Assembly (NCBI GenBank): GCA_964016885.1 | Contig: OZ024741.1 | Location: 238,638,001 to 238,702,000 of the forward strand | DNA length: 64,000 bases | Direction: 5' to 3' | Origin: Eledone cirrhosa | Taxonomy: Eukaryota | Shown: one piece after another, positions 36,641 to 48,579 of the stretch | How positions within the stretch are numbered: position 1 is the first letter of the stretch | Layout of the letters: every line of letters begins with the position of its first letter | Program-made: the position numbers and the translations under genes | The notes under the pieces: generated by a model | Databases searched by the model: none | What the model was told of the DNA's origin: nothing | Seen by the model: only the letters and a program-made list of their open reading frames with translations

Positions 36641-37748
36641 TAAGCTTAAGAAGTATATTTAAAAATAATAAATATATGAAAAATAAATAAAAAATAAATT
36701 AATTCACCACATCTACATTTGGCTAAAATATATCATAGGCTTGCTCATGTTCAAACATTATAAATATAGTATTAATGATTGCAAAAATTTGCAAAATAGG
36801 AAACAAAAGAAATTGAGAAAAAGAATATATATTTTCATATACGTATTATATATTCCTTTTGTCAAAATGAATGAACAAAGTGTGAAAAGATAATGTAACT
36901 TTGTACAAATGCTCAGCAAATAATAATTATTTGTGTGTGTATATGCATGTGCACGTGTGTGCATGCACACTCATAATCCAGTATAGCATTATCTGACGTT
37001 ATATCTCTCTCTCTTTACTTGCCACTCCACTCAATATGTATACTCCTCCTTTAACCCATGTTAATTCTCTTTTTCTCCCTCCCCCCCTGTATGTTGTCAA
37101 ACATGACAAAAGACAAATGAACCAACACACAATGGGGCTTTGTATTATGGAGATGACAGTTAATGAAGTCGCTGCTTTTTCTTCTTGTAACGTGTTCTAA
37201 ACAACATTGTAAATTATGAACTTCATTGTAGAACTCAGATTAAATTAATTCGTTTTTATCTTCAAACATCTTTTTAATAGAGCTTTTGTTTTGTTGGGAT
37301 TTTGCACAAGAAACGTTATGCAAAACTCTTGTAACACTTCATTTAAGAATCTCTGTTTGAAAGGAAATTGATGAGGTGAATCCCAGTCCCAATGGATTTC
37401 CATTTTGTCTCTATTCTAATGATATTTGACATTAGGAATACTCTCATTTTCAAGTAAGGATTGTGCAGTTGAATAGCTTTTATAAGGTTTTTTTAAAAAA
37501 CTTTTTAAAATGTTTAACGAAACACATTTTAACATTTAAGCAGAAAGGATTATAATGTAGGCTATACTGTGTCACTATCAACATTATTTAATCATAAAAT
37601 CTCCAGAATTTCTTTCAAATCCTAAACCATCTTTATAGCAAAATAACGAATATGCTACATATATACAATTTATATGAACAAAAATCATATATGTAAGATT
37701 GTGATTATATGATGAAAATAATAAAAAAGTGAAATTGCAATCATATAT

Positions 37749-38030
37749 ATCATCATCATCGATTAACGTCTATCTTCCATGCTTGCATGGGTTGGTCTGG
37801 TTTGTCCCATTTAGAGGCAAGTTGGGTATGTCTTGCTCATATAGGAGTGTTTCTGGCTGGTTTTCTATGGCTGGATGCCCTTCCTAACGCCAACCCCATT
37901 GACAGGGTGTGTTGGGTGTTTTTTGCTGTGTCTTATACATGTCCACTTTACAGTGTGGGCTGTGTGCTTTTTGTTGTGACATCCACACGATCACTTTACA
38001 GTGTGGGCTGGATGTTATATACATATATAT
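37749..38030 (-). mobile_element. RTE 3'-UTR fragment
   Basis: catcatcat tail, ggatgcccttcc motif and ccactttacagtgtggg repeats. Confidence 0.75.
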
Positions 38031-38069
38031 ACACATGGTCTATGCATGCATATTTGTATATATAAGCAC

Positions 38070-38820
38070 AATCATCATCACCTCCTCTTTATGTCCATTT
38101 TCCACGCTAGCATGAGTTAGGTGGGATTGTCCTGTCGTGAGCAACTCTAGGTCAGGTGACCATGTCTTGTTCATACTGGTCTGATTCTGGCTTTGTTTCT
38201 GTAGCTGGATACCTTCCCAATGGCAACCTCAATTTGCAGTGAGTACTGGGTGTTTTTTATCGTGACACCTACACAACCACTTTAGAGAGTGGGCTGGACA
38301 CTTTTTGCCATGTCACCATTGCTGCCACTTTATAGTGTGGGCATTTACTTTCGCCTGTCCTCCTGGTAAGTGGGTTGGGGTGGGTCATACTGTATATATG
38401 CTTCAGCTTGTGCTCATGGGAAATAGGGTCTTCTGTATTACTGCGTATTGCCAGAAATCCCAGTCATGTGTCATCGTCTTTGAGAGGTGCAATTGGGCAA
38501 GGTCGGCTTTTATCACCTCATCCCAAGTCTTCCTGGGTCTCCCCACTCCAAGGCTTCCAGCGACTTTGGGTGCTCTGCACTTTTTTATGCAGCTGTCATC
38601 CTTCATATGCACCACATGTCCATACCAATGCAATCTCCTCTCCTGCACACAGCACCAAAGTTTCATTACCATACAACAGAGCTGTTCATACGCACGCATC
38701 ATACAGTCTGTCTTTCATTCTGAGAGAGAAGTCTTTTGTAGCCAGCAGTGGTAGTAGCTCCCTGAACTTCCTCCATCCTGTTCTTACTCTGGCTTTCAGA
38801 ACACCCACCACCGCTGCTAA
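38070..38820 (-). mobile_element. RTE 3' fragment
   Basis: Minus ORF 'CCVQERRLHWYGHVVHMKDDSCIKKC...GRPRKTWDEVIKADL' plus 3' UTR. Confidence 0.88.
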
Positions 38821-39240
38821 TTATATATATATATATATATCATTGTCATCACTTTACATCTGCTTTGCCATGTTGGTATGGTGTAGACTGGTTGTCACTG
38901 TCTGAGTTAGATGTGTTAGAGACCTCATCTGTACATTTCATATTTCACACAGATTCCATGCCTGGATGCTCTTCTTAATGCCAACCACTTTATAGATTAT
39001 AGTAGGAGCATTTTATTGTTGGAGTAAAGAGCCCTCTCTACTATAGATTGTCTTTGATATTTCAAGTAACATGACTGAGAAAATGAATAGAAAAGAGTGG
39101 TTGATATCAATAATGAATGATAGGGGAGTAATGGGAGAGAGAGAGGGAAATAAAGAAGGGTGATGGGAGGTGAATTCAATTGACAGATTCAATATCAGCT
39201 GTTGTTACATAAGCAAAGAGATGGAAGAGAAATAGTATTA

Positions 39241-39275
<35 letters not shown>

Positions 39276-39381
39276 TTTTCTAAGAGATGGCACCATGAAT
39301 GGACCTGTTATTTTTCTCTAAAAACATTTTTTTCCAATTCCGCCCCGCCTGTCCCTTCAATCTTTCGAATTTCTCATTCTT

Positions 39382-39417
39382 TCTTCTGATGAAGGACTAA
39401 CGTCCGAAATATTAAGA
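39382..39417 (+). ncRNA. Minimal hammerhead motif (PLE-end family)
   Basis: tctt-CTGATGA-a-ggac-taac-gtcc-GAAA-ta-tt-aaga. Confidence 0.6.
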
Positions 39418-39569
39418 CCCTCTTCCTGCCATTCCAAGTGTTAACCTAATATATTTCATCCATATACTGTACCAGTTGTGTTGTTATTTCTGTTTACCAT
39501 CTTACATACATACATATATATATATATATATTGTGTCTCTGTGTGTGTGTGTAAAAAGTAAATGGAAAA

Positions 39570-40130
39570 CAATACAACAAAATGATACAGTACAATGAAG
39601 ATATAAGTTAGTTTAATGTTTGATATTGAAAGAAAAGAGTCTTAACGTTTTGGACTTTAGCCTTTCATTAGAATATTAGAATGAAAAATAAAAGAAGAAA
39701 TAGAAAGATAGAGGAGAGTGACAAGAGGAAGAAATGCAAAAAAAAAAAAATTGTTGGGAGAAAAACCATGTGTTTGTCCAAATAACAGTTTTGGGGAAGT
39801 GCTGGTCAGAATGTATCTTAGATATTACAGAGATTTTGAAAGGGAGATAATCCTTGTGTATCTGTGTAATTATGAGTGGACATGCATGTGTGCATGCGTG
39901 TACTGCATGTGTGCTTGTTTGTGTGTGCAAAGCTGGGAGGATATGTGCATCAGACCATGACAAAACTGGCATCAATGTTAGTGTGTGAGTGTGTAGGCAC
40001 ATGCTGACCAATATTGTGGGTGTGACAGTGGATGAGCAGTTGGGTAGGTGTATAGGCATATATATGTGTATATTCCCATGCACACATGTGAGTCCAGGTT
40101 TACCAATATATGTATATATATATATATGTA
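39570..40130 (-). mobile_element. PLE-like 3' end with decayed minimal hammerhead (39640-39675)
   Basis: Homologous to 53700-54100; reverse strand reads ctaatga-aaggctaaagtcc-aaaacgttaaga. Confidence 0.5.
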
Positions 40131-41323
40131 TATACCACAACGTCCATACATATATATATGTGTGCGTACATGAGTTTGTGTGCCTGTATGTATATTGTAA
40201 ATACTAAAGTTAGACAGTGTTCAATTCAGTGAGTCTTATATAGTCATTAAAGTCTGAGGCATCATATGTTTGCACCTTGGAGTCTCATGTCACTATTAAT
40301 GATATATGCCTAGTAGGGATAATAACAACGGTGTTATTATATCTTCTCTAAGTTTACTAATGACTAAATGTACTAAGAGAAACATTGCCCAGAATATGGT
40401 CTTTTTCCTGATTTATGTAACTATCATCATTTAACATCTGCTTTTCTTGCTATCAATGGCTGGACAGGTTATGATACGTAACATTACTTAATTGGAGCTA
40501 CTGAATATTCTGGCAGGTCAAGGACCCACATTTCACTTACATACATTCCAACACTCTACAGTATGCACCTAATACATTTTATAGTGGTACTAGCACTAGA
40601 GAAGTTATCATGTCTTTGACACAGCTAAAGACTCTTCCTGACCCTTTGTTTAGAGGGTGATTTTTCTATGGTTGAATGCCCATCTCATCATCAACTACTT
40701 CACAGTGTGTACTGGGTGTATTCATCATGTCACCAACATTAGAAAGGTTGTCATGCCCTTGACCCAATTGAAAAATCCTCCCAACCTTTCTTGGCATAGT
40801 TTCTCAGCTTTTTGTATATATAGGACTACATTGTCCAAAGTGTCTTTCCCTAATTTACAAGGGTAAGGTTTGATTTGAGAGAACATTGATTGCTATTTCC
40901 TGTAGGCTGAATAATTTTGCAGAAGCCTTTCCTCATTGATTTGAAGTAAACTTGGTTGTTGTTGTTAAGTCCCAGATCAACCCTGATTGAACAGAACTAT
41001 CATGAGAGGCATTCCATTTGTAATCATCTAATCTTTTCTGTATATCAGGAACTACATTGTCCAATATATCCTATACTTAAGATGGTAGAGTGTTATTTGA
41101 GAAAGATTTAGTTGTTATTTCCATCTAGTTGAGTGAGCATTTAGAAGATCCCTTATTTTATATAAACATCATTAAATTAGAAAAAAATTCAAATTATTAT
41201 TTTACCTATGTAACGTTACCTAATGTTACCCATAATGGCAAATGTTTACCCCCAGCATTGCCTTTTATGTGATGACTAAAATTATGATCATTACATAACT
41301 ATAATATAAGTGTAGGTGCTTTT

Positions 41324-41358
<35 letters not shown>

Positions 41359-42472
41359 ACCTATTCCTTTAGTATTCATTCACTTTCTTGATTTCATCTG
41401 CAATCTGTCTTTCAGATAGAGAGAGAAATATTATATTGCTAACATGGTGAGCTCTCCCTTAATGCTCCCATTTCCTTCAAACTCCTTTTCCATCTTCAAA
41501 TTATGACCACAGCAGCAGCAATACTAAATATATCACCTAGGTAACATAAATTATCTATTGAGCAGTGGAAGCAGTTCATAGTGTCGAATTCATGGTTGCT
41601 CATGCTTTTAACTATTCCAAAGAAACATGCACACAAGAAATATATTATAGATGGCAGTGAGACATGTAAAATAAAAGAGTCAGTCTCTCATTGGAACGTA
41701 ACAAGATTACAATGATGGATGTGTAAACTGAACTTGAGAGATAGAAATTTGTAAACTGAGAGGATACTTGGATTTATGTGTCGTGAGGAGTGGAGGAATG
41801 AAAGAATATCATGGTTGTCTGGACACATTTAGATACTGAATTATTTCTATAGTTTTATCGTTTTTCTCTTTTAGTCTGTACTGTCTACATAGGGACTAAT
41901 GCTAGTGAACTTGTTCCTGTTCTCACTTATATCAAACACCAGTATTATTATTTTTTTTTTATGGCATATATTTTACATGTGCTCATAGGATATCAGTTTT
42001 TCTTTTTGTAAACATTTGATGCTGTAATTCCCATCTGCTTTTAAACAATTTTCACATTGAATATTATTTTGTTTTTCAAAATTCTTTCCAGACATTCCAC
42101 TTTCACTGACCATGCTCATTCGAATATAAAAAGCAATGTTAGACTATGATAACATTGATGCTTTATATATTTAACTGATTGTATAAATTATGAATTTATA
42201 AGCAATTTCATGCATATATATTACAATATGTTTATACATGGTATATGTGTTTATGTGAGCATAAAAAAGATTTACAATGCTGAATAAATACATAGGTACC
42301 TAAATGAAAAACTATATTTGTGTATTGAGAAGGGAAGTATATATATATATGAATGTATGTATAGTATATTTGGCAATATACAGTATGTCTAATTAAAAAC
42401 ATTTAGAAGACCATTCGCTTTGAGTTTTGAAGTAGTGACTAGTGACTTATTCTCGGCAAATAACCACAGAGA

Positions 42473-42522
42473 GTGATCAACAGACAGTCTGTTTCTCGCT
42501 TGTGAGCGTTTATCAAGACCAC
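42473..42522 (-). ncRNA. Type I hammerhead, U3-A8 core variant
   Basis: Minus strand: gtggtc-TTGATAA-a-cgct-caca-agcg-a-GAAA-cagac-t-gtctg-TT-gatcac. Confidence 0.7.
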
Positions 42523-42755
42523 ACACTCTGCTGCCTTTGCCGAAAGTTATAGAAGCTGGATTCGTATAGAATTCCAGTAATAATCAGGAGCTGATTATAC
42601 AGAGCGATTGCCAGTCCAGCAAAAATTAGGTATTAGTATTAGTGCTCTGAAATAGCGATGTATACATGAATGTATGTATAGTATATTTGTCAAAATATTG
42701 TATGTTTAATTAAAAACATTTAGAAGACCATGCCGAGATGGCAAATGGTCTTATA

Positions 42756-43598
42756 TAATAATAATAATGAAATTATTGTGTACAGTGCTCAGGTGCACTA
42801 CAACTCATCAAAGGTGCAATGTATAGTACATAGAATAATGTTCAAATGCTAGGAAAATGAACAGTGTGAGTCATGAAATACATGTATGTGTGTGTGTATG
42901 TAGAGGGGGCCATCAGGTGCAGTGTTGTGGACATCAAGGGCAGTGTTGGCGAATCTCAGGAAGCATGGAGGTTTTAAAGGATGCAATGTCTCGACAGCTA
43001 ACAACTGATGCAGGTAGTTTGTTCCATGCTTCAGAAACTCTGAGCGTGAAAAAATGTTTCTGAAAGTCATGGGAGCTGTGTTGTTTTCTGACTTTGTTGG
43101 CATGTCCACGTGTGTTAGACACATGGAAATCAAAAAGGTGCTCAGGGTTGTTGTTGGCAAGATGGTTAATAATTTTATGGGTGTTTACCAAGTTAGTTTC
43201 CAGACATCGGAGCTTCAATGTATTCATGCCCAGGGAAGCAAAGTGTTCAGAGTATGGTAGATGCCTGATGGAGGGTATTCGCTTGGTTGCACGTCCCTGA
43301 ACAGTTTCCAGGAGGTCAATGTTCTGAGCAAGATAGGGGTTCCAGACTGGTGATGAAAATTCTAAGTGTGGCCACACCATAGCTATATACAGCTTTAAAT
43401 AGATAGCTGGAGAGTGGCTGACAAAGGTCTTGCTGAGTGAGGGTAAGACATGCTTCATCCAACGGAAATCGCTGCTGACAGTAATGCCCAGATCACGTTC
43501 ACAAGAAGACTGCTTGATATTAGTGTTGTGGAGGAAGTATGTGGATGGTGGGTTTTTACTCCCAAAATGCATGGTGGTAAACTTGTCCACAGCCAACT
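42756..43598 (-). mobile_element. CR1-clade LINE 3' fragment
   Basis: ORF with 'CERDLGITV', 'PHLEFSSPVWNPY', 'TRGH', 'HFFTLRVSEAWNKLP'; (ATT)n tail. Confidence 0.9.
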
Positions 43599-43760
43599 TG
43601 TAAATGTTTTTAATTAAACATACAGTATATTGCCAAATATACTATACATATGTATACATCGCTATACAGAGCACCAATACTAATACATATATATATATAA
43701 ATGTGGCATGCAGACAAAGTGTACGATAAAGTTATATTGATTGCCCACTCTGTGTGCATA

Positions 43761-43791
<31 letters not shown>

Positions 43792-43808
43792 ATATATACA
43801 GATATAGC

Positions 43809-43895
<87 letters not shown>

Positions 43896-44002
43896 ATAAT
43901 AATAAATGTGAAGACTAAAATCCAAAGAGGGCTCGATAAGGATAAATATATATCAACTATATAAGAACCCTAGAGAAAATATTTATTAAAATAACAGATT
44001 AA

Positions 44003-44053
44003 AGTTTAAGCAAAGAATCGCTGCTTTCACCCTTAATGGGATCTTCTGAAACT
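44003..44053 (-). ncRNA. Hammerhead-like fold in PLE terminal repeat (CAGAAGA core)
   Basis: Minus strand: agttt-CAGAAGA-t-ccc-attaa-ggg-t-GAAA-gca-(9 nt)-tgc-TT-aaact. Confidence 0.5.
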
Positions 44054-44373
44054 AAAAAAATCAATCTGTGAACGCAGAAGTAAATATTTCGAAAAACGTT
44101 GCAACCGAAGGAAATCAGAAAGACGATACTTTGGTTCGTGAAGACAATGAACGGGAAAAAGCGAAGATAATACGGCGTTATGTGGCGCAATGAGAACAAT
44201 TACATGCAAAGACAAAACCACGTTTATGGTATAAATAAAGTCATAGACTAATATTCTATTTAGGAAACCGATGATTATCGGCTCCAGAGTTAAGAATAAA
44301 GTAAATAAATTAGTAGAAAGAAATGACAGAGCTTATGAATTAAATATATACAAACACGCATCCATATACATAC

Positions 44374-44690
44374 ATCATCATCATCATCATCATCATCATC
44401 ATTTTATGTCCGCTTTTCCCTGCTTGCAAGGGTGGGACGGGAACTGATTCTGGCTTGATTTCTACAGCTGGATGCCCTTCCTAACACCAACCTCATTTAC
44501 AGTGAGTGCTGGGTGCTTTTTTGCCTTGGCACCTCCACGATCACTATACAGTGGAATGATATGGACCCCAGTCCCTATCATCTCATTTCTACAGCTGAGT
44601 AAACCGGAGCAATGTGAAATAAAGTGTCTTGCTCAATGAAACAACACATCACCCGGTCTGAGAATTGAACTCACAATCTTTCAATTGCAA
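44374..44690 (-). mobile_element. RTE tail fragment plus tRNA-SINE fragment nested in the PLE
   Basis: (CAT)n and ggatgcccttcc, followed by gtgtcttgctcaa...gagaattgaactcac (reverse B-box). Confidence 0.65.
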
Positions 44691-46023
44691 GGCCAAAGAT
44701 CACATCGTTTTTTATTTCCTTTATACGATCTAGCCTTAGCTAGGATCTCCCAGTGTAACCTATATTGGGTGTGGTTGTCTTTTAGACTCCAGATATAAGC
44801 TGAAAGTGACGTCATATTCCTTCTTAAAGGGTTAAGAAAAGAATGGGTATGCATGTAAAGATGCTGCTTGAATCTATTGGTGATTAAACCTATGTAGGCC
44901 CTACGGGACGTGGGTGTTTCGACCTTACATTTGTAGACTATGTTACTGGAGAGGCATTTTTTCGGATAGAGAACAGTCAACCCGATTCCTACAATTACAG
45001 TTACTACTAGCTACAGGGTTGCACGTGTTCCTACGGCTAGGTAATTTAGCTAAATTTGAAGCAGTGATGTTGTGTGCAAGGTTAGGTGTCGTAGAGTAAG
45101 ATATTTTAATGGTATTTCTATTAAAAATTTTATTATATTTATGTGCTGAGGGGAAATGCTTCTTAATAAGGGAGAGAATGATCTTAGCTAATGGTGTGGC
45201 CACCTCCATATTATATGGTGGGTTATACCATATAATGTGTCGGGATCTATTTTTCCTTGGTCTATGCTCATACTTAGTATATACTACCTTATCGACAAAT
45301 GCACTCTGAGCAAGAGCTTCATTGTAATATGTGGTATGGTCGGTGAAAATATGCTCATTTGTAGATAGACAGGAAAGCCTCAAAGAAACGTTTCTTACCA
45401 GGTTCTTGGTTATGCTGGCAGGATGGTTAGAATACTTACTTATATAATTAAGCGTATAATTCGGCTTTCTATACGGGTAGTGTAAGCCATTCGACAAATT
45501 AAGGGTAACGTCGAGGTAATTAACGACCGAGAGGTTGGCCTCAACCTGTATGGAGAGGTTGAAACCTTTAAAGAAGGCGGTGAGTTCTTCTCTGAACCTG
45601 TCGCAAGCGCATGGACCACACTTTGTCATGGTCAAAAGACCGTCATCGCGGTACAAACCACCGCCCATGATAGAGAAAAGAAGGAAAAGGCCGATAAGAT
45701 CAGTAACCTGTGCTGAATTGCTGGCGCCCATACTCACGTCGAATGGGGTACTATTAGATTTTCTTATCCAACTTACGGGCATTGAGGATGACATCAACTT
45801 TGAAATCCTTAACCACTGTGAGCATTTTAGCGAAATTGATAGCTCTAAGAAGAAGTGGTAAAGTGATGGAGGAGTAGTAGTTGTTGATGTCGAATTGGAT
45901 AAAACGGCAATGTTCCTTGTTGCATATGCCATTGAACCAATCAATCACCGCGAAAGAATTATTCCACATTAGATCCCATTAAGGGTGAAAGCAGCGATTC
46001 TTTGCTTAAACTTTAATCTGTTA

Positions 46024-46087
<64 letters not shown>

Positions 46088-46109
46088 AGTGTGTATATAT
46101 ATATATAGG

Positions 46110-46410
46110 GGCTGCTGAAATGGCTAATGACTAAAAGCTCTCAGTTCACTCTAAAAGGTGGTCATGCAGGTGACACAACAAAAGCCTCTAGTTCACCATG
46201 TAAGGTGCTCAAGTTTGTGACTTGACAACAGAATACCTAGCCCTCCCCACAAGGTGATCATTTTAGTACCAAAACCCAGTCTTCCCTGTAAAGTGTGTTG
46301 GTGTCACAACAAAAAACACCTCCTCCACACTGTAAAGTAGTCATTTTGGTGCCACGATAAAAAGCACCCTGTCCACACAGTAAATGTGGTTGGCATTAGG
46401 AAGAAACCAT
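46110..46410 (+). mobile_element. Decayed RTE 3'-UTR repeat fragment
   Basis: Degenerate ccacactgtaaagt repeats ending in ggttggcattaggaag. Confidence 0.55.
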
Positions 46411-46419
46411 GTTGAGCAT

Positions 46420-46800
46420 GAACAGCTCAAGGAATGTGCTCGTAAGGGCCTTGAATCTGGCTTGTCTAATTATCTTGGCATGCAGGTTGATTTAACCTGT
46501 AAAGAATGTGGCTAGATATGTCGGGGGGGGGGGGGGGGGCTTGTAAGCCAGATGCATGGGGATACTGTCAACTATGCATTGTATGGTATTCCTGTTTGTG
46601 GGGAATGTGGAAAAGAGTGTGCCATAGTTGGAGAACGGAAACGTCATTTGAAAGTGCACTAAAACACGACCATAATACATACTGTGAGAGGCTTCCATTG
46701 TTGCAGCATCTGTGCAAGAGTGTGCAAGTCTGTAGCAAGACTAAAAAGCCACATCCATGCTGCTCATACATAGGTGTCGAAATTGAGTTGCAGCCATCAT
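46420..46800 (+). mobile_element. RTE (BovB-like) 3' end with zinc-finger remnants
   Basis: '[22 protein letters not shown]' and the end gagttgcagccatcatata, as at 29900-29930. Confidence 0.55.
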
Positions 46801-46846
46801 ATATATATGTATGTGTGTGTGTGTGTGTGCATATGTATGTGTGTGT

Positions 46847-46923
<77 letters not shown>

Positions 46924-47029
46924 AACACAGAGACACAAATTATGTTCACCTGCTGTATCAGTCCATAAAGATATTCAAATACCTTTTCCATGCAATGATT
47001 GAACAACATCATCTATATTACATATATAT

Positions 47030-47260
47030 GTAAATTTGTTTATGAAAACGGAGCAACTGATGCCATTCTTGCTGTCCTATTGATTACAGAGAATCAATTA
47101 GAGAAGGACAAGTCTGTCAACTTGGTGTTCCTTGATCTGCAAAAGGTGATTTATTGGTTGCCTCATGTCAACATTTGGCATGCACTCTGTTATCATGATA
47201 TTTTGAATGTCTATGCGGGATGAGTATAAACCATGTCAAAATATAACAATGCCCTGTTAG
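47030..47260 (+). mobile_element. LINE RT remnant (RTE-like)
   Basis: 'GATDAILAVLLITENQLEKDKSVNLVFLDLQK' matches the RT TTDA..FVDLEKA region. Confidence 0.65.
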
Positions 47261-48541
47261 GGTGATTATGTCATCCTCTCTAAAATAGAATGCCAATATC
47301 TAAAGCTCCAGGGACAGCTGAATATATGCATCCCCAGGATTATTGGTAGCATAAAAATTAATAACTAGGACTGGGCTGAAACTACCCATTTCAAGTGACT
47401 GGGATTAATCATATATGTGTTAATGGTACTTGGTTAAAAGGGAGAAAAATGTCTGGAGTCATCTAGGTTTGGAATATGTCTATTTGAAGGTGAAGATATA
47501 TATATAATATGAATGAAAATTTTTGGTTAAATTTACCTATTTCATCTTGAGAATCCTATCCTATGATAAAAATCTCCCCATAAAATAATAATTATTAAGT
47601 AACTAATTTCACCAAATTATCTTCTATTTTACAAATATTTTATATTATTCTGTTCACCACCTCTCTATTTCTGAATCAATTTTATAACACTGGGACATTT
47701 TTTGAAGTTAATGTTTTAATCCCAATTAGTTCTTCAACTAGTATTGGTTGTTTCTTGCTTTGGTTTTAACATATAAATAGAGAGCACACACACACACACT
47801 CTCTCTATCTCACACACACACATATGATTGTAGGTATACACACATAACTCAGTAAAAACATACATCAGTAAATACGAGAATGAATATTACATATGCATAT
47901 ACACCCACTAATGGAAAAGAAAGCTTTCATTAAAATATTTAATTACAGTAGTAGGGTTTCATTAATTGTTTCAACAACTTACAAGTTTCAATGCAAAACC
48001 TTTTTGGGTAGCTTTGTGAGCCTACAAATCGAATAATCATAGATCAATGTCAAATAGTTTTGGTGAAAACTTTTATTGATTAGGTATTTTGTCACAGTTT
48101 GGTAACTGAAGATTAATTAGATAGTGTCAATGGCACATTCTTTTTTTTTGTTTTTAGATGATTATTTATGATCAATAATTTATCCATTAGCTCAACTTCT
48201 ACTCCTCCCACCCCCATAAAACATACTGTTTGAACTACTAATTTCTATTTTAGTTCAGAAACCTCATCTTGTCAGTATAGTTATGTTTGTGTATTCATAG
48301 TGAAAGGGACAGAAATATTTTCTTGCTTTTGGGAATCACTCATTAAGATTTAAACTTTTACAGAACACATTTCATAGACATATACTATATATACTTATAT
48401 ATAAAAAAATGAAAATCCAGCATGCTTCTTATCTACTGGACTTACAAAAACTCAGTTCAAAATTTATGTGACATTGTTAATATGTGTAAAATGGGGGTGA
48501 GGCTTATCTGCCAGATATATTTGGATTATGAGTGTGCTGTG

Positions 48542-48579
<38 letters not shown>

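Larger units (their letters stand above)
42340..43686 (-). mobile_element. Non-coding partial-tandem fold-back element (317-bp unit) interrupted by CR1
   Basis: Direct repeat at 42351 and 42668; hairpin apex near 42724-42752; inverted arm resumes at 43601-43686. Confidence 0.7.
43893..46030 (-). mobile_element. Penelope-like element (Naiad-like), same family as 23858-25768
   Basis: RT (FDINNYYSSI, FDVSMG, GLYRDDGL), CNC linker and GIY-YIG (IVYKCKVET..AYIGL); 3' terminal repeat 43893-44340; short inverted copy at 45971-46030. Confidence 0.9.
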
